A stretch of DNA of 64,000 nt from Eledone cirrhosa (lineage: Eukaryota). Numbering within the stretch: the stretch's first letter is position 1; every line of letters begins with the position of its first letter. Position numbers and translations under genes: made by a program. The stretch lies in the NCBI GenBank assembly GCA_964016885.1, contig OZ024742.1, positions 175,212,001 through 175,276,000 on the forward strand, given 5' to 3'. The notes under the pieces were generated by a model. That model saw only the letters and a program-made list of their open reading frames with translations, ran no database searches and was not told the origin of the DNA. Below, piece after piece: positions 24,518 to 36,756 of the stretch.

Positions 24518-25031
24518 CAAACATACCCATACACACACTTATGTATATATATAAATATATATATATATAAATTACACACATAAGGTATTGGCCAACCTAT
24601 ATACCCCAAACCATGTCATGGGTATATTTGGTTTATCTTATCTTTATTTATTTTGAACATGGTAACAGAATACACCTACATGAATAGGAATACAAATTAA
24701 ACATGTTAATATCATCAGTATACACCTCCTTGGAGATAAATATATGCAGAAAATGTATACCAATTGCATGTATTTGGCGTCTCCAATGCTGCTTACTTAT
24801 ACACATTTTAAAACTATACACGTACATCTAGTATGTTTATTTATACATAGATATTTCGAAATCGTACACACACACATATATACACATATCCCCCCCCCCC
24901 TCTCCCTATGTATATATATATATATACATATAAGCTAGAGTTTGTATATATATATCATTTGTAGCATATATATAAGCATTATATGTGCATACATATATAT
25001 ATATAGTAATAATAATAAATTATATATATAT

Positions 25032-25085
25032 ATATGAGTGAGCGCACATACACATGCATATATATATATATATATAGTATATATA

Positions 25086-25173
<88 letters not shown>

Positions 25174-25197
25174 TGTGTATGTGCGCTCACTCATATA
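25032..25197. repeat. Palindrome centred on a (TA)n microsatellite
   Basis: TATGAGTGAGCGCACATACACATGCATA and TATGCGTGTGTATGTGCGCTCACTCATA flank ~110 bp of (TA)n. Confidence 0.9.
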
Positions 25198-26475
25198 CAG
25201 ACTGAAAAAAATGTATGTTATAATCATGAGTATGTGTTTCATTCTTCTGTATTTTCTATCCTATAAAGAATATCTGAAAATTCTTATTATTATTATCATT
25301 TCTTTACATATCTACTGCTGGTGCAAACCAGATATTTCCCCCAAAGCCCTAATTATGTCCACTTACCTTCTACAAGTCTCAAATTATTCTCTACTTATTT
25401 TCCAATGTTCTGATTTTACTGTAGTTTTTTTCCTCCTTTCTGTAAAAAACAGCAGCAACAAAAACAATAAAAAAAATAGCAGCATGAAACATCAAAGAGT
25501 TTTACTTCAAAATAAAGGGGAAAAGAAAGAAAAAATAGCCCCAAATATACACATCTTTTCAAGTGAACCAATATATTGAAAATTCTCAATGTTACTTATT
25601 CTTTTATTATTTTACTGGTTTCAGTTATTTGACTGTGGCTATGCTGGGGCACCCCCTAGAAATGTTAGTCAATCATATCGACCCCTGTTCATTTTTTCTG
25701 TTGAATAGCTAAGATTAATGACGTAAATGCAGATATGGTGACAAACACAGACACACACATATATACATGTATATATTCATATTTGCATGCATACACACAT
25801 GTATATATTCATATGTGCATACATACACACATGTATATATTTATATGTGCATGCATACACACATGTATATATTTATATGTGCATGCATACACACATGTAT
25901 ATTATCGTATTCTGTCTTGTTTTCATTTTTATTTTCTGTCACTTTGTTCACTTATATATACTAGCAGAAGAATTGCCGAATGGGGGGAGGCTTTCTGCTA
26001 GTATATGTAGTGTGCATATTTATATTATACGCAAATATATATGCCTATAGATATGATACGTAAATTGAAAAGTAAATTGACAATATGCATATAAATTGAA
26101 CAAAGACTGAGTTACACTTTCTTCTGTCATTAGTAAAGTAATCCATGATACATTTAAAAAGGACGTGAATGCTAACTGAAGTTGACTTTTGAAAGCTTTA
26201 ACAGAAGTGAATCTTGAAATAAGCAATACATTTTATATAAGACTATTTATGTTTAATCAAGAAATAAGAAATTTAGTAGATAAATTATATAATGTTCATT
26301 CATGATTTATTCAAAGTAATCTAACCCTTGCTAGTGTGGAAGATGGACGTTAAATGACGACGATGATGATGATGATGAATCCAACTTATTTTAATAACAT
26401 GATGTCAAATAATAAACTGGACACAGTCTCGCAGTACTCCAATCAATATATATCATATATATATATATATATATC

Positions 26476-28960
26476 TTCATCATCATCATTTAATATCCAC
26501 TTTCCCTGATAGCAAGGGTTTGAGAGGTCTTTACAAACCGTGTCTGTATTGGAGTGGGACCAATAATTTCCGAGACAAGCTGGAAGTTTGTATCTCGCTT
26601 ATATATGGTTCTGCCTTCTGCCAAGTGCATTTTATCATGGCACCAGCACTAGAAAGGTTATCATGTCTTTGAAACAACTGAAGGATCCTCCTTGGCAAGC
26701 TTTCTATGGCCGCATGCCCTTCCTATGACCAACCACTTTACAGCACATACTGGTTTTATTTTATCATGTAGATCACGAACACTAGGGAAAATGACATGTC
26801 CTTGACATAACTGGAGGGTCCTCCCAACCCTTTGTTTTGCAAGTTGGATGCTCTTCCTATCACCTACCACTTTGCAGTAGATATTGGATGCATTTATTGT
26901 GTAGCCCACCAACACTAGATATTGTTGTGTCACTAACATAACTGAAGAATCCTGTTAACCTTTTTAGGCATGGCTTATACAGCAGGGAGCCCTTCTTGTG
27001 GCCAACTACCTTACAAGGCATACTAGATGCATTTTCATGGCTAGAGAGGTTGTTGGTCATAGTCCCTACTGAAGTTCCCTCACGCCTCTGTATGGTGTGA
27101 TTTAGCAGGGCAATGAGGAAGGGAAAGGTGTGGCTGATAGGGTAAGTGGAGAAGGAATATAGTGGTGTCGGTGTGTGGTCATTAGATTGCGAATGGGCAG
27201 TATTGTGATGGGGAGATAAAGGGATGGTAGTGGTGGGATGCAAAATGGATAGGGAGAGTAGCCACTAAAGTGCAATAGTATGTGTATATTAGTAACTGAG
27301 GAGTGGTTCTATAGGGGGCATGGTTGGTGGGTGCAGTGGTGGTTAGGATAGCTGCTGAGGATTTCTAATGGAAGGCGAGCAGCCCAATGATGTGTCAGGT
27401 CATAATGTATTGTATTCTTTTGGCCTTGATTTCATCATAACAGCATAGCACCATCTGTCACAGTCCTTTGTTATCTCAGTTGTGAGGCCTAGTTTCTTAA
27501 GGTTGACCTTCATGCCAAGTAATCCTGAGTCTGTCTCTTCCATGGATTCCAGCCCCTGGGATTTCTCTACATTTCTTTATATAGCTGCTAACCTCCATAC
27601 ACATCACATGCCCATACCAGCACAGTCTTCTCTTTTGCAAGCTTCATCCAATTTCGTTTGTGCACACTTTTTCTCAGAATTAAATTTTGCTATGTAGTTT
27701 TTGCACATTAACATTCTGTATCCATCAGAACATACTCATTTCATTTCTTTCCCGCCTTTGCAGGTCTTCTGCAGTTAAAACCCTTGTTTCACTACCATGT
27801 AGCATTGCAGCTTGCATGCAGGCTTCATGCAGTCTACCCCTTGCTCTGAGAGGAAAGCCCTTTGTTGTCAGCAGAGATATCAGTTCTCCAAACTTCTTGC
27901 AGATTGTTCTGATCCTGGCTCTCACACTTTCTGTGCAGCCTCCCCCACTGCTAATTTGATTACCTAGGTAACAAAAGCAGTTGACAGCTACTAAGGAATC
28001 TCCCTGGCAACTGAACGAATCTACTTCATGTGTGTTCTTAGCAGTTACTACTCCTGTGTCTCTGCCACATACAAATTCTATCTTTTCTGTTAACCTGCCT
28101 GCAGTCCTGCTATATTTCTTGTTTTTCCATAGGCTACTTTACAGAATTTCTGCCAATCTCTTTCTGACAAATCAAACAAGTCTACTTGCCTGATCATATC
28201 ACCCTCCTGTTTTCTTTTCTACTTATTAACACTCTCATCTTTGCTAAGATTTCTTTTAGACCTTTCAACTCTAGTTTCTTCTTCCATGCTTGAAATTTTA
28301 TCTCTAACTCTCCAACAGATTCAGTTATGAGACTCTCCTACAGATTCAGCTATGAAACTTTCCTACAAATTTAGCTATAGGGTTATTCCATATCAAATCA
28401 CCCAGTTTCAGAAAGATTTTCCAGATCATCCCCTCATATCCCCCTGAAAAAATTCATACTAGCTCCTCCTGTACCTATGTGATGGAAAAATATCAAATAT
28501 TAGGTCAATATCTTTGATAATTTTGAAATTGTAGGCCTTAATAATATTCATTAATTTTACATTTTTTTCCGAATGAGTCTCTCGGACCAACTTAAGACAG
28601 CCATTTCTCCCTGAATAAGTTAAGCACAACTTTGAAATCATGCGTTTGGGGCTAACTTTTGCTGCCCACCAGATTACAGAGCATGAGACTGTCAAAGATC
28701 TTCTCCATATCTATAAAAGCCAGGTACAGTGGATCCCTTTAAGCTAAGTAACTCTCCTGTGGTTGTCTCACCAGAAAGAGGACATCAGTAACACCCCTGC
28801 CTGGCATAAATCTAAACTTCACTTCATCTGACATAATTCTGTATCTAATTGATTGTGTTATAACACTTTCAGCAACTTTTATGACCTGGTCCATCAACAT
28901 AATGCCTCTATAATTACTTCTATCTAGTGCATCTCCTTTGCGCTAGTAGCAATTCAAATA
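26476..28960 (-). pseudogene. Old, degenerate RTE LINE (3' ~2.5 kb)
   Basis: Fragments MRARIRTICKKFGELISLLTTKGFPLRARGRLHEACMQAAMLHGSET, a WWA-type RT segment, NYRGIMLMDQVIKV. Many stops and frameshifts; (CAT)n tail at ~26477. Confidence 0.85.
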
Positions 28961-29149
28961 CATATCCTTTACCATACATACAAAAGGCTTCTATACTGTT
29001 CCTATCTACCAAATTTCACTCACATGCCATTGATCAGACTGAAGCTATAGCTGAAAACAGTTTTCCAAGGAGATTCATCATGTCTGTGTGTGACAAGGAT
29101 GGCCCTTTGAATTATGTATTCAGTTTATTTTGTATTATAATTTAAATGT

Positions 29150-29333
29150 GGGCGGTGGATTGGCAGTATCGGTAGAGGGTCGGACGCCATGCTTTCCAGC
29201 ATAGTTACGTCCCTTTACGATCTGAGTTCAAATCCCGCCGAGGTTGACTTGCCTTTCATCCTTACGGGGTTGATAAAATAAAGTACCAGTAATGCACTGG
29301 GTAATTGCTGGCCTTGTGCCTAAAGTAGTAATA
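29150..29333 (+). mobile_element. SINE family B, full length, 16-bp TSD
   Basis: TSD ATTATAATTTAAATGT at 29134-29149 and 29334-29349; B-box-like GAGTTCAAATCC. Confidence 0.92.
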
Positions 29334-29469
29334 ATTATAATTTAAATGTTTGAGGTTTACAGGGACACATGTACCATTAACATATTTCTAACAGACATTC
29401 AGCATGGCACAGTGTGGGATATGGCTGGTCTTTTGAATTACAGGTAAAGTCCATCTTAGTCATTGAGCA

Positions 29470-29765
29470 TTCCACAGATATTCCACTTTTAGCATATGTG
29501 GAAATACCTCAGCAGACTAAGATCTGGTGTTGGACGTGCAAAAGTCAATCTTGCAAAATGGAGGTATTTAAAGGATGTTGTGTGTGACTGTGGCATCGAA
29601 CCACATACTATACAGCACCTCCTGATATTCCCCCTGCTGGAACACACCTGCACAGCACTGGACTTGGCAGAGCTTAATGAAAAGGGACAGCGATGTGTTC
29701 AGCTGTAGCAGAACCACATCTAGCCAAGCTCTGTAACTGACACTTTTGTGGACACAATAAGAACA
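29470..29765 (+). mobile_element. 3' fragment of Ingi/Vingi-like non-LTR element (C-terminal zinc knuckle)
   Basis: WKYLSRLRSGVGRAKVNLAKW...CDCGIEPHTIQHLLIFP...CTALDL resembles the 'LNRLRTGVGR..C.CG...T..H...CP' C-terminus; ends GGACACAATAAGAA. Confidence 0.7.
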
Positions 29766-30356
29766 TAATTCTCACAGACATTCAGAATGACAATGTGTGA
29801 CAAGGCTGGCCCTTTGAATGATAATTACACTTAATCTGACAAGCTTACAAACAGTTTCTGTCTAAGAAGATTCACCCTATAAGTTTTGCATTGACACCAG
29901 GCTATAGTAAACGACACTTGCACAAGATGCCATACACTGGGCTTGAATCTAGAATCTAATGGCTGCAAAGTAAACCTATTAACCATTTAGCAATTCAACA
30001 TCTATTCTCCATTAAATATTGACTTCAAATCTCTATGATCTGTCTTTCTAATGTACTTTACTTTTGTACATCAGTCTCTATAAAAACGCGTTTGTGAACT
30101 TGACAAAAAAAAAAAAAATGGAAATCTCTTGTCATCAACAATATCTTTTTTTTTCCATCCTTAATACTTTCTTTCTTTTTGAAAAGAAAATAGAAAAGAA
30201 ATTCCTTTGAGGATATAAATTTATTTGCAATTCATGTATTAATGATGTTAATGTTTAATGTTTTTAAGCTTGCATGGGTAGATTTATATATATATGTGTC
30301 TATATGTGTGTGTATGTATGTGTATGTATACACACAAATTTACGTATATATAGATG

Positions 30357-30431
<75 letters not shown>

Positions 30432-32739
30432 TTATATAAATATATATATAGATGTATGTGTATATATAAATTTATTTATTTATATAATAGTGTGTAAGTA
30501 TGTCACCATTTGCTTGCTTGTCTGCCACAAAAGACATTCCTCCATAAGTGGATGCCAACAATAAGAATGGAAGACATTATTTTCATTAATAACCAATGCA
30601 TGAATACTTCATAAGAGAAGAATCAGTTTTTTTTTTTTCTTGTATTTTTTTGTTTTTATTTTTTGTTGTTTTATTTCATTTTGCATTATTCCTTCTTTTC
30701 ATACAAATTTAAATATCAGCTGATGTATTGCTGTTCGCATAAACTGACAAATTTATGTATTTATTATAATACAAAGCAACTTTGTTCATTTCATGATAAA
30801 AATGACTTTTGTAATCACAACCCACGTGCTCCCACCTTCTTCTCTCCCCATTCACCTTCAATAGCCAGCAGTATCTTTTCTTTACAAATAGTTAACTATA
30901 TTAGAAGCATAGACAAAACGGTTGATTGAAGAAACATTGGGAAATTTAAAATGTGTGCATACTAATTTAAATGACTATAATACTGTTTGACAATTATAAG
31001 GTATAGTTGAAAAATATCAGGTAAAGTATCCCTGGAAATAGAAAATGGGGACATAGGCACCTGCTATGATTTGAATCTCATGTATCTTGGATACCGGGTG
31101 AGTACATTAACCACTATTCTAATCTGCTGCTGGCCACGTTGACACACATTTCAAATTTTCTCAATAATTCTAGAGTTAATCACTTTGATTACAATTTTAG
31201 CAACAAGCTTTTTAACATACTGGTTCCTGCAATCATGCAAACCCATGAGAAGCAAAGTTCAATTTCTTGCAGGCATCTCTGTCCATATTTTTCCAATTCC
31301 ATAAATACTTTTCTTGATTTTTCTCAACTATTATTTATAAAACCAATTATTATTGTGGTCGTTTGCATTGGAACACTCACAGACATTTCAATGTTAACTA
31401 CATTATTTATTTGACAAAACTTTGAATGGAATGTAATATATAATATTTCTTTCAGCCAGACTTTGGCAAATATAATAATAGTAACATCTAGCATTGTCCT
31501 TTATCTGTCCTGACTGCAATTTGGCAGTTCTTTATATTTTCATTATTTACTTTTTTATATACTTTCTACTGAAAATATAGACATGTCTATTTTAATACAT
31601 ACTTTGTATATTTGCAGTATAGTTACATGTGCTATTGTGTAAATCTTTGAATTTACATTTACAGCGTACAGTAATCTTTCATCTTTGTCTATCTTCACAC
31701 CCAAATATATTTGGATAATTATTATCTCATCTGAAGAGTGCATTTCCCCCTTTGATTACACTTGTTTACTTCCATTAAGAGAGAAAGAAAGAGAGTGAAA
31801 AATAGAAATAATAAGAGAGAGCAAGAGAGAATAAGAGAGAGAGAAACAAATATATATATATATAGAGAGAGAGTAGTATAGAGAATAAGTATGTTTTAAA
31901 AGGATGTAGAACTAAACCAAAAAGAAGTGTTAAAAAGAACAGATTTACGAATTTGAAAACGTTAACCATATGAAAATGGCTTTCATTTGAATATTTTAGT
32001 TTTGATTATAGTGTGGAGAAATATTTGTTGTTTGGTTGTATTAAGATTTTCAGTAAAACTTCCAGACATTTTACCAAATCATATGTTTTCAAAGTTCTTA
32101 CATGTGTTATCAAAAGCAGAAGATTACTATTTGCTTTGTCTTTTAGTACCAAAGAAGCTTTGTTATAGCATTGCTTTAGTATACATCTGAGTTATTTAAG
32201 TTCATAGTGTTACTGTTTCTGTTTTTACAAAAAGCCTGCATAAGTTTATTTCATATAATCATACATACAAATAAATGCAATTTACATAAAGAAAAAGAGT
32301 CCCCCCCCCAAAAAAAAAAAAAAAAACATTAATGAGAAAGAACATATACACACTGAATCATAAATGAATGGTTAAGAAGAAGTTAGATTTACGATCATGA
32401 GGTTCTAGGTTTGATTTCATTGCATGGCATTCTGGGCAAGTGTGTTTTGAGGCACAAACTTTGAGTTACAAGTATAATCTATTTAAAAAGCTTTACTGCT
32501 TCCAATAATTTCAAATAAAAGATATTACAAGTTAATCACATCAGTACAAGCCAATATCAAATGAATTACATTATCCAGACCTGCCAACATCTAAAATTCC
32601 AAAAAGTGCCCCAAAACGGAGAGAAATGAGGCAAAATGTGTAGGTTTTACATAATGAAAGAGAAGTCATCTCTCACCCACCCCAAAGTGGATGGGAGATC
32701 TCCCTGTCCGACAGGGAGAGTTGACTGGTCTGATTATCT

Positions 32740-33205
32740 ACAAAACATTACAAACCAATGGCATTGTATACCAGACATGACAAACCAATTACACCACATA
32801 CAAGACATGATAAACCAATCACATCACATACAAGTCAATTATATTTTATGTAAGAGATGACAAACCAATCATATGGGAGAGACCAAGTGTCAATGCTACA
32901 AGGCATTACAAACTAACGTCATTGTGTAGAAGACAAGACAAACCAATCACATCAATTCAAGACAAATGAATCACTTGCCTACCAGATGAAACAAATTAAT
33001 CATATAGTAGAGACTAGAAGATTCCAAAGTTACGAGAGATAACAAACCAATTGCATTGCATGCAAAACATGTCAAACCAATCACATCGTCTACAAGACAT
33101 GGCAAGCCAATTATATTGTACCGATCCTATAGAAGAGACCAGATGCCATTGCTACAAGACATAACAAACCAATCATATAGTATACAAGATATGATAGACC
33201 AATCA
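32740..33205. repeat. Degenerate ~30-bp minisatellite with AACCAAT core
   Basis: Recurrent (C)AAGACATGACAAACCAATCA(C)AT, roughly a dozen diverged copies. Confidence 0.7.
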
Positions 33206-33820
33206 GATGGTAGAGAGCTGCTGAGGCCAATTTTTAGCTAAAGAATGGTGTTGAATTATTAACTCTGCAGGATATGACCATAAGATAATTGTCTTTGATC
33301 AATAGCCAAGACAGGTTTTTCTAAGTATATTGTTAATGTAATGATGATAAAAAGTTTATATTGCCAACAATATGTTGATACGTCTTTAACATGATGCCAA
33401 CCAATTAATGCTGTTGTTATTTATGTCATTGATGTTGTTGTTGTTGTAGTAGCTGTCATTGAGTTGATTTCACTGACTCCATATACATCTATTATTTTAT
33501 TCTTTTATATTTATTAACAAAAAGCCTGTATAAGTATATTTCAATAGAATGTGTAGAAATAAAGACAATTTATGTTTTTAAAAAAATGAGAAAAAAGTGG
33601 AAGAACACTTATTCAATCACAGGCCACAACAAGAAGCACTGGAGTTTCCCGCCAATAATTTGATTGACTTTAGACTAGAGCAATGAAGGAATTTAGTCAA
33701 TCATATTGACCTCTTACTTACTTTTTTCATGTCAGGCTCATTGATCTCTTTTGGTCAGACCACTAAAATTATGTGACATAAGCACATGATACAGACACCC
33801 ATGCATATATATATATATAT

Positions 33821-34205
33821 CATCATCATCACATCATCACCGTTTTAAGTCCGTTTTTCCACGCTATTATGGGTTAGATGGGTTGTCCTGTTGTGGGCAG
33901 TGTCCGGTCGGCTGACCTTGTCTTGCTCATGCGGGAATTGATTCTGGCTTGCTTTCTACAGCAGGATGCCCTCCCTAACACCAACTTCATTTACATTGAG
34001 TGCTGGGGGCTTTTTTTTTACGTGGCACCTACACAGCCACTTTACAGTGTGGGCTGGATGCTTTTTGCCGTGGCACCTCCACGACCACTTTTCAGTGGAA
34101 TGATAGGGACCCCAGTCCTATCATCTCATTTCTACAGCTGAGTAAACTGGAGCAATGTGAAATAAAGTGTCTTACTCAAGGAAACAGCACATCACCCAGT
34201 CTGAG
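33821..34205 (-). mobile_element. SINE family A copy (5'-truncated, longer RTE-derived tail)
   Basis: Matches 3822-4080 and the RTE 3' UTR at 61580-61850; (CAT)n tail next to (TA)n. Confidence 0.85.
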
Positions 34206-34214
34206 AAATATATA

Positions 34215-34247
<33 letters not shown>

Positions 34248-34252
34248 AATAA

Positions 34253-34480
34253 GGTGTTAGGAAGGGTGTTAGGAAGGGTGTTAGGAAGGGCATCCAGCTG
34301 TAGAAATGTGTTAGGAAGGGTGTTAGGAAGGGCATCCAGCTGTAGAAATCAAGCCAGATCAGTTCCTGTATGAGCAAGGCATGGTCAGCCGACCAGACAC
34401 TGCCCACAACAGGACAACCCGTCTAACCCATGCTAGCGTGGAAGAACGGACGTAAAACGGTGATGATGATGATGATGATG
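34253..34480 (+). mobile_element. RTE 3' tail fragment with reiterated 5' junction
   Basis: Near-identical to the reverse complement of 61580-61745; 5' end carries tandem GGTGTTAGGAAG repeats. Confidence 0.85.
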
Positions 34481-34660
34481 AATAAATTAGATTACTGATA
34501 TAAAAGACCACAGGAGCGAAAAGCGAAAAATTCTTGCAATATTACACAAATATGACCCTCCCCAAGTATAACAATATGTATATATATGTATATATATATA
34601 TATATAGTAATAATAATAAATTTGAAGACTAAAATCCGTATATATATATATATATATATA

Positions 34661-34750
34661 TACGAGGTGTGTCAGAAAAGTTCTAGGACTGATGTCACAA
34701 AAGATTTATTTCAAACCCAAACTTCACACTAAGAGTTTTCTCCTTCAAAG
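34661..34750 (+). mobile_element. Possible Tc1/mariner terminal fragment
   Basis: TA-CGAGGTGTGTCAGAAAAGTTCTAGGACTG directly after (TA)n resembles mariner-type TIR starts. No partner TIR found. Confidence 0.45.
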
Positions 34751-35100
34751 CAATCGAAAGGTTGTGAGTTCAATTCTCAAACCGGGTGAAGTGTTGTTTC
34801 CTTGAGCAAGACACTTTATTTCACATTGCTCCAGTTCACTGTAGAAATCAGATGATAGGGACTGGGGTCCCTATCATTCCACTGCAAAGTGTTCATGGAG
34901 GTGCCACGGCAAAAAAGCACCCAGCCCACACTGTAAAGTGGGCGTGTAGGCACCACGGAAAAAAAAGCACCCACCACTCACTGTAAATGAGGTTGGTGTT
35001 AGGAAGGGCATCCAGCTGTAGAAATCAAGCCAGAATCAGTTCCCCTTCCACCCTTGCAAGCAGGGAAAAGCGGACGTATAATGAAATGATGAATGATGAT
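34750..35100 (+). mobile_element. SINE family A copy (5'-truncated)
   Basis: Begins GCAATCGAAAGGTTGTGAGTTCAATTC, ends GGACGTATAATGAAATGATGA. Confidence 0.88.
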
Positions 35101-35143
35101 ACATATCAATCCCTCTTCGGATTTTAGTCTTCACATTTATTAT

Positions 35144-35187
<44 letters not shown>

Positions 35188-35189
35188 AT

Positions 35190-35502
35190 AATTAATAATT
35201 GTTTCTACTTTTGGCACAAGGACTGCAATTACTCCAGTTTATTACTGGCACTTTATTTTATCGACCCCCGTAAGCATGAAAGGCAAAGTTAACCTCAGCT
35301 TGTATCATTAATAATTGTTTCTACTTTAGGCACAAGGCCAGAAATTACCCAGTGCATTACTGGTACTTTTATTTTATCGACCCCGTAAGGATGAAAGGCA
35401 AAGTCAACCTCGGCGGGATTTGAACTCAGATCGTAAAGGGACGTAACTATGCTGGAAAGCATGGCGTCCGACCCTCTACCAATACTGCCAATCCACCACC
35501 CA
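35190..35502 (-). mobile_element. SINE family B: full copy (35316-35502, 15-bp TSD) beside a 3' half copy (35190-35298)
   Basis: TSD TGTATCATTAATAAT at 35301-35315 and 35503-35517. Confidence 0.88.
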
Positions 35503-36368
35503 TGTATCATTAATAATAAGTAGGAACAAGGTGTCAAAGAATGATCATTAAGTTTATTCAGGTGTGAAACATGTTTCATAATTGATCAGCTCAGGGTTCA
35601 ATCTGTATCAATCAAGCCCAACTCTGGAATCAATAGCTCATTAGACTCCTGGTTTCATTAATGATGGGAGATATCAATACACTCTGCTTATGAAGACTAT
35701 AGTATAACACCAAACATACAATGCAATGTACTACACTTAAACAGACCCACCTTGAGTGCTAAGGTTGGTGAACCAATAGTAATGTAAGGTTACAGTCCAT
35801 TAAATTATATATATATATATATAATGTAGGAGGTGAGTTTTATTGTAGTACAATAAAGCAATGCAGATATCGGATAAGAAGCACTCTACAGTTTGTAGGA
35901 CTGGAGTATACATAATATATATAAGAACAAAAGATGGTTAAAAGAGTTCCATATGTAATGATGAAAGCCTATTTATGCCCCCCCCCCCACCAGCATTACT
36001 ATTTGCACAACTTGTCTGCACCATATTCTCTCCTGTTTAGTACTCATAATTTTTTATTGTTATTTATTTACATATTTGATTTACTGTCCTAGTTGAAAAG
36101 CACTGACCTCCTGTTGCAATGTGGTGTTGTCTCAAATGCATCTTTCCGGTGGCTTCTTCTTAACTGTTGTACAACCTGAGGTGAATATTATACAATACCA
36201 ACATTAAGAACGCAATTGCATTGTCTTGGAGGTGGCTGATAAGGAAGTTGGATGCTCTGACTCAGATGTCCCATATATTTCATTTCTATTGGGTGTGCAA
36301 CTTTGATGAACACACACACATACATATATATATATATCCTCAACATCGTTTGCACATCTGTACAGCAG

Positions 36369-36411
<43 letters not shown>

Positions 36412-36520
36412 AAATAAAATGAAAACGAAATTTCATTTCTCACTCTTAGTACGGCACTTACTTAAATGTAAGTATGTGTGTATACGTACATACATATATG
36501 TATACAGACGTACAGTAGCA

Positions 36521-36590
<70 letters not shown>

Positions 36591-36756
36591 CATATATACA
36601 TATACATACAGGTACACATACATACATGCACGTATCAGTTTAGCGGACGCTTATTATAACGCCGCTTTGTTCGTTTGTAAACAAACTGAACAGCCTGAAT
36701 TTTTATGCCGTACGGTGTTAAGGCAACCACGTCACCTTTTTGTTTAACACTGACAT

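Noticed and set aside
35555-35655. Minus-strand hammerhead-like CTAATGA...GAAACATGTT
   Set aside because: Core mutated and no convincing stem I; at most a fossil.
36150-36310. Possible PLE linker fragment (PPPRQCNC...GIV)
   Set aside because: Too short and frameshifted to call with confidence.
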